DNA from: a virus
Lineage: Duplodnaviria > Caudoviricetes
Strand: one strand, 5' to 3'
IMG/VR virus record: IMGVR_UViG_3300021185_002017
DNA: 64,000 bases
The notes under the pieces were generated by a model. It made no database searches, was not told the origin of the DNA, and was given only the letters and a program-made list of their open reading frames with translations. The position numbers and the translations under genes were made by a program. Within the stretch, counting starts at the first letter, position 1. Each line of letters starts with the position of its first letter. Of the stretch, positions 55,425 to 64,000 are shown piece after piece.

Positions 55425-57177
55425 ATTCGGTGTCAGTGTTGTACATAGTGAATCCTCCTTCCTTGACCACTGTTAGTACATTATTCACTCTACCTACTAG
55501 TTCTTCTTTGTGCGAAATAAGGAAAATATTTTTACCTTGCTCTCTATTCATCTTCTTAAGGATACTTAAGGCGTTCTCTACACCCATTGTATCCATACCT
55601 GAGTCGATTAATTCGTCAATACACATTAGGTTCATCGGCGCATTTAAGCTCTCATACATGTCTCTAAATGCCCAAGATAAGCCCAAAATAAGTCGATTGC
55701 GTTCGCCTCTACTTAGATTATCAAAGTCTAAGTCGCGTCCATATTCTGTTATTTCGACATTTAAATCGTTCGCAAATTTTACATCATGCGGCAATCCTAA
55801 CTTATCTAAGTACCATGCTAACCTGTGATTTAGGTATGCAATGTTCTGATCAATAATCTTTTTACGGATAAAACTATCCTTGCTTGTTAACAGTTTGTAC
55901 AAGAACTCTTGATGATCTTTTAAGAATGTTAATTCATTTATTAAGTCAAAACTAACTTCTTGTAAGCCTGTTTCTTTGAGCATCTCTATTTGTTCAACAT
56001 AAGGATTCTCTTCCTCTTGCTTAGTTTGGTACTGTTGAGCAAGAGATTCTAAATTGTGTTTGTGTTCGTATGCTTCTTCTACTGTAGCATAAAATGTACT
56101 TACTGTTTCAGGCACATCAATAATTTCCATTGCCTTTGTGATTTCATCAACCTTTTGCTCACTGGCAGCATTTAGCTCTGTTTCAGATGCAATCTTTTCT
56201 TTTAGTTCATTTATATAATCGCTGTGTGTATCCAAGTGTGATGTAGTTTGTTTACATGCATGGCATACACCTGCTTCAGCGTCTACTAAGTTTCCTTCAA
56301 GCTCTGTTAGTCTTTTTATGTTGCGTGTATTACTTGCTTGAATTGTTTTTAATTCTTTAGACAATGTGTTATAATTGTCTTGCTGTTCTTTGGCACTAAC
56401 ATTTTGTTTGTGCGATTCAATCTCCTTGTTGACATCTAGTTCGCCTAGTGTAGTTATTGCTACTTCTAGATCTTTTACTTTCTGATTGTGTGTGGCTTCC
56501 CATGCTTTTTTACGGCTTTCTATTTCTTGTATGTTTTTATCTATACGACCGTTTGCATCTTTAACAGCACTGATACGCAACTCTTCTTCTTTGATGTTGT
56601 CACGAGTAAATTTAGTTTTTTCTTTTAGCAACTCTGCTTTTGCACTTAGATCAGTAATACCTAGCAACTGCTCGATCATATCTTTTTGATCGTTGTTCTT
56701 CATACTGAGGAAAGGTTCGCTGTATGTGTTTAATGCAACCAAATGCTTAAACATGTTATGCGGAAAGCCGATAATCTTTTCAATTGCTTTTTGTGTTTCT
56801 CTACTATCGCCTTGCTGTTCTTCGCTTATAGTATCTTCACCGTTTACTATAAACTTTAACACATTAGGTCTACGACCACGCTCAATACGATAGTCAACAC
56901 CCTTAGACTCAAACTCAACAGTGGTCATCATGCCTTTACTGTTTGTTTTGTTAATTAAGTTATCGCGGCGAATGTTAGTAAGTGCCTCACCATACAATGC
57001 ATAACTGAGTGCATTAATAATAGTTGTCTTACCTGTACCGTTTCTACTACCATCTCCACCCATGTCTAAGTTATGACCTAGCACTAGGGTTAGTTGACAG
57101 TTGTCAAAGTTTACTGCTTGAGTATTGTTGCCCACACTCATAAAGTTACGGGCTGATACATTTTTAATCTTTAGCAT
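55414..57177 (-). CDS. gp46: Recombination endonuclease ATPase subunit (gp46, Rad50/SbcC-like)
   Basis: RNFMSVGN, Walker A NGTGKTT, CHAC zinc hook, LSRGE signature, IDELID, LISHK. Confidence 0.95.
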   Translation of the reverse strand: MLKIKNVSARNFMSVGNNTQAVNFDNCQLTLVLGHNLDMGGDGSRNGTGKTTIINALSYALYGEALTNIRRDNLINKTNSKGMMTTVEFESKGVDYRIERGRRPNVLKFIVNGEDTISEEQQGDSRETQKAIEKIIGFPHNMFKHLVALNTYSEPFLSMKNNDQKDMIEQLLGITDLSAKAELLKEKTKFTRDNIKEEELRISAVKDANGRIDKNIQEIESRKKAWEATHNQKVKDLEVAITTLGELDVNKEIESHKQNVSAKEQQDNYNTLSKELKTIQASNTRNIKRLTELEGNLVDAEAGVCHACKQTTSHLDTHSDYINELKEKIASETELNAASEQKVDEITKAMEIIDVPETVSTFYATVEEAYEHKHNLESLAQQYQTKQEEENPYVEQIEMLKETGLQEVSFDLINELTFLKDHQEFLYKLLTSKDSFIRKKIIDQNIAYLNHRLAWYLDKLGLPHDVKFANDLNVEITEYGRDLDFDNLSRGERNRLILGLSWAFRDMYESLNAPMNLMCIDELIDSGMDTMGVENALSILKKMNREQGKNIFLISHKEELVGRVNNVLTVVKEGGFTMYNTDTEYVD

Positions 57178-57178
57178 A

Positions 57179-58198
57179 TTAAATTTCTAACTCGTTATAG
57201 ATATCGATTAACTTATCTCGTTCGATTGTGGTAGAATCAATTGTGTCTAATTGTTGTAGCACTATTTGATCTACACTTTCAAATTTTATCTCACTGCCTT
57301 CAAATTGCTCTTCTTCTTCTTTGATAGGAATAAGTTGCAATTCCCTAACATTATATTGTTCAGCAAACTTCTCTTTAATGAAAGTTGCCTCTTCATATGA
57401 AATACTGATATCTAATTTTACACGAGCATAGGTATACTTGTCAAGTAAATTCTCATGGTTGTCCAGCAATTGTTTAAGACTAAACACTCTGTACTTAGGA
57501 CATTCGCTCCAATTTACATAGATAGGTTCCTCTCCCCATGTTAAGAACATAGCACCACGCTCGTCATCATCTACATCTGCATAGTTGTGAGGGAAAGCAT
57601 TACCTAAGTAATGTATATTGTTTTTAAACTGACGCTTATGGAAGTGTCCTGAGAATACATATTCTGGGCCTGATAACATTTTATCATTAATGCCTCCGCC
57701 ATGGTCTGGCATCTCTACCATTGCATTCATTTTAAAATACGGAAGTTCAAAATGACCAAACATGTACTTGACTTGCATCTTGGCAACTTTTTTGTATTCG
57801 TCGCCAACTAGCCATGGAATGATAGCAACATCATCTTGCTGGAAGTGTTCGTCTACCATTACAAAGTTAGAAAGTTCTCTAGCATATTCAATACTGTTCA
57901 TATCTCGTTTGTCTCTATAATAGAGATCGTGATTACCAGTTATAAAATATACTGTTTCAAAATTGTCATTTAGTTTTTTAAGATCTTTAATTGTTGCATT
58001 CATTGTTGCAACATTAATACTTGATCGGTGATGCATCCAGTCACCAAGGAAAATACATGTTTCAGCATTCCTTGCTTTTGCTTCTGCAATAAACCAATCT
58101 ATGTATCTGTGGCAATCATCTAAGTGTAGACGACTGTTTTGTTTTAGCCCGTAATGTATATCCGTAAAACAGGCCGCTGTTTTAAACAACTGACTCAT
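57179..58198 (-). CDS. gp47: Recombination endonuclease nuclease subunit (gp47, Mre11/SbcD-like)
   Basis: DIHYG, LGDW.H.R, GNHD, GHFE, SGHFH metallophosphoesterase motifs. Confidence 0.95.
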   Translation of the reverse strand: MSQLFKTAACFTDIHYGLKQNSRLHLDDCHRYIDWFIAEAKARNAETCIFLGDWMHHRSSINVATMNATIKDLKKLNDNFETVYFITGNHDLYYRDKRDMNSIEYARELSNFVMVDEHFQQDDVAIIPWLVGDEYKKVAKMQVKYMFGHFELPYFKMNAMVEMPDHGGGINDKMLSGPEYVFSGHFHKRQFKNNIHYLGNAFPHNYADVDDDERGAMFLTWGEEPIYVNWSECPKYRVFSLKQLLDNHENLLDKYTYARVKLDISISYEEATFIKEKFAEQYNVRELQLIPIKEEEEQFEGSEIKFESVDQIVLQQLDTIDSTTIERDKLIDIYNELEI

Positions 58199-58204
58199 AT
58201 AAAA

Positions 58205-59080
58205 CTACTCTGGGTTATTTTCTTGCTCTGCAGCCGATTCAGCAGCATCTCTTAAACTACGAATTTCTTCTTCGTGTTTAATCTGTCTACTGAAACTAGG
58301 CATGTGTCCTTGATCAATAAGAATATCATCTCTGATAGTTTGGTTGCGTTTCTCAATGTTTAATACTCTTGTGAAACTGTTATTGACAACTGCTGTGTAA
58401 TATGCAAATGGATTGTCCGACTTAGACTCGTCAAACTGTAAACCAATTTGAGATAACTGCACTAATGCTTGTCCTCTCATTTCGTCTACATAAGTATAAC
58501 CACGCCAGTTAGCTCTGTGTGAATAACGCTCTACTAGTTTTAAGAACATAGTTCCTAACTTGTTTGTTATTCTTCCGTGATTAACATTAAACTGTCCATT
58601 ACTTAAACTTCCTTCCCAATGACTACGAACAACTTCTTTTAACTCTGTGCCTTGATAAGCATAATGCTTAAATGCCGGGAAGTTTACTTTTGCTCTTTCG
58701 TCTGCAGGTGTTTTAGGATTCTTCTTCCTGCCTGGCTCTAGTGGAATGTGGTCCATGTTCATTACACGGAATACTAATTCTTCTAAGTCAAACGAATCTG
58801 GGTCTACAGCAAACTCTTTTTGCTTAGGCTTGTTTTTGTAATCTGCCCTGTCATGCGTAGACATTGCTACAGCATACGCTTCGCTTTGTAGTTTATTTGC
58901 TTTGTTTAATCTTGCTTCTGCAATAGTTGCATCGTTTATATCTTTGATATCACGGACTATGATGTCATAATTACTGTACTTCTCATCTGAAATCTGGCAG
59001 TAAGTTAGTTTACTTTTGTTGATTTCTTTTAGGATATCCTTGTTGTTTAGATAATTTACTGGTGCTGGTTTCTTTATCAT
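58205..59080 (-). CDS. gp55: Late-transcription sigma factor (gp55-like) with insertion
   Basis: YLNNKD.L N-terminus; RYSHRANWRGYTY.DEM, FDESKSDNPFAYYT...N.F.R....EK. Confidence 0.85.
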   Translation of the reverse strand: MIKKPAPVNYLNNKDILKEINKSKLTYCQISDEKYSNYDIIVRDIKDINDATIAEARLNKANKLQSEAYAVAMSTHDRADYKNKPKQKEFAVDPDSFDLEELVFRVMNMDHIPLEPGRKKNPKTPADERAKVNFPAFKHYAYQGTELKEVVRSHWEGSLSNGQFNVNHGRITNKLGTMFLKLVERYSHRANWRGYTYVDEMRGQALVQLSQIGLQFDESKSDNPFAYYTAVVNNSFTRVLNIEKRNQTIRDDILIDQGHMPSFSRQIKHEEEIRSLRDAAESAAEQENNPE

Positions 59081-59108
59081 ATGTGTTTATACCTCTAGGT
59101 TTATATCT

Positions 59109-59136
59109 ATTATACAGTCATTATTAGTAAAGTCAA
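59109..59136 (-). promoter_or_regulatory. sigma70-type promoter for the gp55-gp47-gp46 operon
   Basis: Minus strand TTGACT-16 nt-TATAAT. Confidence 0.55.
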
Positions 59137-59209
59137 GTATTATTTACCCAGTTTCAGCAATTATAATGGTATATATTGAATCTGGTAAATAGTACTATAG
59201 GAGAAGATT

Positions 59210-59992
59210 ATGGCAAACAGCGGAACCGGCGGCAGCTTTTTAAAAGGACTCTCAAGAGCATCTTACTTAACAAGCCTAGCAACAGACTTAAATCAAATTG
59301 CTCAAGCGGGTACATCGCTTGGAGACCAACCTGGCATAACTACTGATGTAGACTGGAGAGCAAGACTTCGTCCAAAAAACGGCGGAAGAGACTTATTCTG
59401 GAAAGGTGCAGACGATAGTTTAACAGGCGATACTGATTATTTGCTAAAACCATTAAAAGAAGCCGGTGGCCTAATTTGGCAGTACACACCTGATATTTTG
59501 GTGAGTGCTCAAGTAAACTATAACCAAACAGACTTCCATGGGCAAAACTATCCTGTAATGACTTACAAAAACACTATACCACCTGCTATTCCTATAACAG
59601 CAGATTTTAGTGCTAACACAGTTCCAGAAGCAAGATACTTATTAGCAGTACAGCATTTCTGTAAAGTTGCAACTAAGTCGTTCGGTGGCGATGCCGCAGT
59701 AGCAAGTGGCTTCTATGGAACACCTCCTCCGGTACTATTGTTTGAATACTTAGGTCATCATGGCTTTAACAAAGTGCCAGTTGTACTAACATCATACAGT
59801 ATGAACTTACCAGCAGATGTAGACTATGTACCTGTGCGTACTGGTGTAAGAGGTGAAGAAACAACTTATGTACCAACGCTGATTAACTTCCAGCTCAACT
59901 TGCAACCAACATATACACCACACAAATTGCGTAAGAGATTTGACTTACAAGCATTTACTACAGGTAAAAATTACAAGGATGGATTTGTATAA
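59210..59992 (+). CDS. Baseplate-tail tube junction protein (gp48/gp54-like)
   Basis: LIWQYTP.I, Y..T.PP.I.ITADF.A, G.PPPVL.F...G, VPVV.TSY pattern; GGTAAATA at 59184-59191. Confidence 0.65.
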   Translation: MANSGTGGSFLKGLSRASYLTSLATDLNQIAQAGTSLGDQPGITTDVDWRARLRPKNGGRDLFWKGADDSLTGDTDYLLKPLKEAGGLIWQYTPDILVSAQVNYNQTDFHGQNYPVMTYKNTIPPAIPITADFSANTVPEARYLLAVQHFCKVATKSFGGDAAVASGFYGTPPPVLLFEYLGHHGFNKVPVVLTSYSMNLPADVDYVPVRTGVRGEETTYVPTLINFQLNLQPTYTPHKLRKRFDLQAFTTGKNYKDGFV

Positions 59993-60291
59993 TGGCTAAA
60001 TTTCACAGAGCAGATAGTTTCTTAAAACCAACAGGCGTGTATGACATCTTTTTAGATGTTAACAAATTACCTTCTGTGCCTAAGTTACCATCTGACGATA
60101 CATATATTATTGAAGCAAAATATGTTAACAGGTTAGACTTATTAGCATTTGACCAATATGGTTCCACTAGACTTTGGTGGATAATTGCTTTGAGAAACAT
60201 TGATATAATTAAAGATCCAACAAGAGATGTAACAGCAGGATTAGAAATATACTTACCTAGTAAAAACACAGCAGAAAGACTAGCAGGCTAA
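59992..60291 (+). CDS. Baseplate wedge protein (gp53-like, LysM-type)
   Basis: RLDLLAFDQYGSTRLWWIIA.RN...DP.......G.EI.LP. Confidence 0.8.
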   Translation: MAKFHRADSFLKPTGVYDIFLDVNKLPSVPKLPSDDTYIIEAKYVNRLDLLAFDQYGSTRLWWIIALRNIDIIKDPTRDVTAGLEIYLPSKNTAERLAG

Positions 60292-60292
60292 T

Positions 60293-62749
60293 ATGGCGAT
60301 TGAACCAGCAGAACAGTACGATCCGTTTTTAAAGAAAAATGTATTCGGAAACATTCTAGATCAAGTTGACAATTATCAGTACAACTTAAAGTTATACATG
60401 ATACCTCCAGTTGGCCAACCAGTTGGCACACAGGCGTCAGCAGACGACCAAGGCGGCTCAACTGATGCTAGAGCAGACAAGCCTAGCAATGCAAAAAATA
60501 GTAGCGGACAAGGAGGCTACTTACAAAATTCATTAACAGCAAGTCCAGCAGAAACAATCATACTTGCCCAAACGGGTGTTACAGGAACTCAAATAGATAA
60601 CTTAGAAATTGAATCTGTAGTAGGCCCAGGTGGCGGAGTAGAGAATGCTAGAGTAAATTTTGATATTATTCAACCTGGTGCTGCAGACTTCCTAGATCAA
60701 ATGGTTGCTGCCAAGGCGTACTTAGGTGACCAAATTACTGCACAAGATGTTCCTATATTTTTAGAAATAAATTTTAAAGGTTATGCCGGCGATATCGATG
60801 ATGAGGATAACGGAGGTGAACCAATATTAGTAGCAGGCCCGTATAGGTACATGTTAAAAATCTCTAATGTGACTTTGGAGATTGACGAAGCAGGTAGCAC
60901 ATATCAATTTAGTACTGTACCAGTTGACCAGTTAGCATACATTGATACTAATTTTAGAATGCCAAAAAAACTAGAGTCAATAGGCACAACTATTGAAGAG
61001 CATGTTGAAGACTTAGTAGCAAAAATTAGAGAGCATAACGAAACAAACAATGACAAGTATTCAATACAAGATGAGATTACAATTGACTTGTCTGGATTAA
61101 CTGAAGGTGAAAGAGGTTTAAAAGATACCAAACTTACTAACACAGAAGATTCACGAGCGGAAGAAATTAACAGAATTATGAACCCTGAGCTAGAGGGTAA
61201 AACAGAAGACGAGTATGAAGACATTCTAAAAGATGCTACAAAGGATGAAGGTACACTTGATATTGTTGTGTCTGAAAACAAAGTAACAGTTAGAGAAGGT
61301 GTGTCTTTTGAAAGATACATTGCTACATTGCTTTCTATGAATGATGAGTTCTTTGCTAGATGCACAAGATCTATAAAAGCAGATGATCCTGCTAACAACG
61401 AAGTTAGAAAAGATCAAGCATTTATTGAATGGTTTAAATTAAATGCTTATGTAAAATACGCCGCATTTGATTACAAAAGAAATGCTTATGCAATGGAAAC
61501 AGTATTTAAACCAACACTGTTTAAAACAGCAAAGAATACAGTACAAGCAGACCCGGCAGAAAATTCAGGACTAACTGGCGATGATGTAAGAGCAAGAGTT
61601 GATGGCTTGCCTATATTTAAAGCATACCATTACTTGTACACAGGATTGAATGATCAAATTAAACAATGTCGTATCGATTATAAATCCGGTATTGCAATTC
61701 TCACAGCACCTGCAGGAGGTGTGTCAGGAGACTTTAGTACTGTTTTAGCAAAAACACTTAGTAATAGTGCTACACCTGATGAAGACTTATCAGGTAATGA
61801 CTTAGCAACTGCGGCTGTTAAAGCAGCCAATGAAGAAGATAGATCTAAAGCAATAGACAGTATGTTTAGCAAAAAGAACAGTAGCCCAGATCGTGAGAAA
61901 GATATTGCAGGTGTCGGTAGGATATTAAAACTATCTGATGCAGAAATAAAAGATGCTATAGAAAATAGAAACGGTGCCAATGCTAATAGAATCAAAGAAA
62001 CATTAAAAAACAAAGGTGCAGCCCAAGCAATAAGAAACGCACAGATTAATGCCGCAAGAACACCAGACGATCGTAAAAACCCTGATACAACAAACTATAC
62101 GCCTTCACTTAGCGGGTACACATATTCTGCAGACATCATTGGCAGTGTAAGCGACAGACTAGATCAAGCCGCGGCACTAACAGCCTCACAAGAACTTGCA
62201 GAGTCCTTAAAGCCAAAAGAGGAAGAAGATGCAAACGCTGATGCAAGTGGACCACAGGAATCAATTGTTGTTGCTTCTGTGCCAAACCCAGCAGAAGATG
62301 CAACTTATAATGGCACACCGAGAAACACAGTTTTTGGATATTTAATGCAACAACATGCTATTGATGATTTCCTTGTAACCCTTGATATGGAAATAAAAGG
62401 TGACCCATGGTGGTTAGGTCCTGCTTCTGCAGATAACCAGCCAGAGAAAAAAGGAAGCGAATTTGTTGAAGATAAAACTGATGAAAAAAGTATAAGAACT
62501 GCTGGTGATGAAAACTATGTATTATTTGATTTGCAAACACCGAGACTATACGACTTTGATGTAGACGACGAGGACAGTGATAGCAATAGCGGGTACTGGA
62601 GTAAAATGGGTACATCATATTTTATAACAGGCGTTTACCAAGTTAGAGGTGTTAACCATATGTTCTCAGGTGGAGAATTTTCACAGGAAGTTAGTATGAT
62701 TAGACAAACAGCAATAGACTTGAAGAAAACAGAGAAAGGTGCGGAGTAA
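60293..62749 (+). CDS. Baseplate hub protein (gp27-like)
   Basis: 818 aa between gp53- and gp5-like genes; C-terminal MEIKGDPWWL and G.Y.V..V.H.F..GEF.Q hub motifs. Confidence 0.65.
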   Translation: MAIEPAEQYDPFLKKNVFGNILDQVDNYQYNLKLYMIPPVGQPVGTQASADDQGGSTDARADKPSNAKNSSGQGGYLQNSLTASPAETIILAQTGVTGTQIDNLEIESVVGPGGGVENARVNFDIIQPGAADFLDQMVAAKAYLGDQITAQDVPIFLEINFKGYAGDIDDEDNGGEPILVAGPYRYMLKISNVTLEIDEAGSTYQFSTVPVDQLAYIDTNFRMPKKLESIGTTIEEHVEDLVAKIREHNETNNDKYSIQDEITIDLSGLTEGERGLKDTKLTNTEDSRAEEINRIMNPELEGKTEDEYEDILKDATKDEGTLDIVVSENKVTVREGVSFERYIATLLSMNDEFFARCTRSIKADDPANNEVRKDQAFIEWFKLNAYVKYAAFDYKRNAYAMETVFKPTLFKTAKNTVQADPAENSGLTGDDVRARVDGLPIFKAYHYLYTGLNDQIKQCRIDYKSGIAILTAPAGGVSGDFSTVLAKTLSNSATPDEDLSGNDLATAAVKAANEEDRSKAIDSMFSKKNSSPDREKDIAGVGRILKLSDAEIKDAIENRNGANANRIKETLKNKGAAQAIRNAQINAARTPDDRKNPDTTNYTPSLSGYTYSADIIGSVSDRLDQAAALTASQELAESLKPKEEEDANADASGPQESIVVASVPNPAEDATYNGTPRNTVFGYLMQQHAIDDFLVTLDMEIKGDPWWLGPASADNQPEKKGSEFVEDKTDEKSIRTAGDENYVLFDLQTPRLYDFDVDDEDSDSNSGYWSKMGTSYFITGVYQVRGVNHMFSGGEFSQEVSMIRQTAIDLKKTEKGAE

Positions 62750-64000
62750 TGAGTATGAGCCGCAGAGATAGAGCAAGTAAGAAAAATCCTGTACTTAAAA
62801 AGAATATTAGTAAAGATGCAGTATTTGGAATATACCTTGCAGAAATAGTCTCAACAAAAGACATTAGCAGAACAGGCCGTGTGCGTGTGTTTGTTCCTGC
62901 AATCAGTAAAGATAAAAATTCCCCTGCAGGATATTTTGATGCAGTGTGGACTAGTCCGTTTGCTGGTAGCACAGACCCAAGGCAAGTAGGAACGAATGTA
63001 AAAGTACCAGAAGAAACAATGAGCAGTTACGGTTTATGGACAACAGTTCCAGATAACGGTAACTTAGTATTAATTGCATTTGGCGACGGTAATACAAAGT
63101 ACCCAATGGTAATGACTTGCTTGTTTGCTGACAAACTAAATTACAGTCTCCCTGGTAATGCAGGAGGCAAAACTTATCAAGCCGCAGGTCTAAAACTACC
63201 TACACTAGAAAAAAATAAGCGAACAGAAGATATCAACCACAACGATACTTTTAGACCAATACAGCATACATTAGCAGAACAAATTGTTAAGCAAGGATTA
63301 GCACACGACCCAATCAGAGGAGCCGGCTCTTCGAGTGCAAGAAGAGAATCGCCAAGCGAAGTATTTGGTTTACTAACACCTGGTCCTAGAGATGCAACTA
63401 ATTACAACCATAGACTTGGTGGTCACAGTATTACACTAGATGATAATTTAAATTCTAGACAAATAAGAATCCGTTCAGCACAAGGTAATCAACTATTATT
63501 AGATGATACAAGCGGAATGGTTTACTTGATTAATAAAGATGGTAATGTGTGGATGGAGTTTGCTTCATCAGGACATGTATTTTTGTACGCAGAAAACGAT
63601 ATTAGTATGCGAACAAAACGCAACTTTAATATACGAGCCGACAGTGATGTAAACATTGAAGCAGGACAGAATGTTAATATTAAAGCCGCAAAGGATACTA
63701 CCGGAGAAGAATATCAAAACGAAGGTAAAGGCACAGGCGGTGTAGTAAATATTGAGGCTTTAGCAGATATGAATTTACTTGCTGACTCTAATATTTTTGA
63801 AACAGCAGTTAAAGGCGAGATGCATCTTAATTCTGCAGGTTCAATAAAAGCAACAACTGGAGACAGTTTGCATTATAATGCTGCAAATGATGTAGCAACT
63901 ACAGCAGGTGGTAAAGTTACAACTGGCTCAGGCGGCGTGATAGTACTAGAAGCAGGTGGTAACATTGTAGAGAAAGCATCTAAAGTATTAATGAACAGCG
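62749..64000 (+). CDS. gp5: Baseplate central spike (gp5/VgrG-like), 3' truncated (not in ORF track)
   Basis: ATG overlaps the previous stop (TAATG); D.SRTGRVRVFVP, SPFAG, SYGLW..VPDNGNLVLIAF.DG OB-fold motifs, then GHS..LDD and repeated beta-helix segments; appears open to the window end. Confidence 0.8.
   Translation, partial: MSMSRRDRASKKNPVLKKNISKDAVFGIYLAEIVSTKDISRTGRVRVFVPAISKDKNSPAGYFDAVWTSPFAGSTDPRQVGTNVKVPEETMSSYGLWTTVPDNGNLVLIAFGDGNTKYPMVMTCLFADKLNYSLPGNAGGKTYQAAGLKLPTLEKNKRTEDINHNDTFRPIQHTLAEQIVKQGLAHDPIRGAGSSSARRESPSEVFGLLTPGPRDATNYNHRLGGHSITLDDNLNSRQIRIRSAQGNQLLLDDTSGMVYLINKDGNVWMEFASSGHVFLYAENDISMRTKRNFNIRADSDVNIEAGQNVNIKAAKDTTGEEYQNEGKGTGGVVNIEALADMNLLADSNIFETAVKGEMHLNSAGSIKATTGDSLHYNAANDVATTAGGKVTTGSGGVIVLEAGGNIVEKASKVLMNS

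Noticed and set aside
1-64000. tRNA, tmRNA, rRNA, CRISPR array, integrase or transposase
   Set aside because: None recognised by eye; the repeats seen are intragenic protein repeats without spacer structure. tRNAscan or Infernal would be needed to exclude small RNAs fully.
1-64000. Stop-codon reassignment (alternative genetic code)
   Set aside because: Core genes are full length in the standard code and both TAA and TAG serve as real, tightly coupled stops.

Overview
AT-rich 64 kb segment of a large T4-like (T4-superfamily) myovirus genome, mostly the virion morphogenesis region. It contains terminase (gp16/gp17-like), head completion gp4, tail tube and sheath, neck gp13/gp14, tail terminator gp15, long tail-fibre/spike genes with autoproteolytic chaperone C-termini, capsid gp23, scaffold, protease gp21, portal gp20, a tape-measure-like protein, gp26/gp51, gp46/gp47, late sigma gp55 and baseplate genes, ending in a truncated gp5-like gene. 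Late genes share a (G)ATAAATA promoter motif; a few genes have near-consensus sigma70 promoters. Host-type genes are interspersed: delta-9 desaturase, B12-radical SAM enzyme plus NDP-sugar epimerase, ferritin-like protein, NUDIX, TorF-like porin and two SGNH hydrolases. The most striking element is an 8.5 kb co-oriented cassette of csgF, csgG, two curlin-repeat proteins, a FecR protein, lipoprotein/secreted proteins and a CHASE2 adenylate cyclase, behind late-type promoters. The raw sequence also shows two well-formed candidate programmed -1 frameshifts (24707-24713 and 53068-53077), several small ORFs missing from the ORF track, and a ~500 nt hairpin-rich non-coding region (53700-54200) that may be a structured RNA. 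All calls come from motif recognition by eye; no database search was run.
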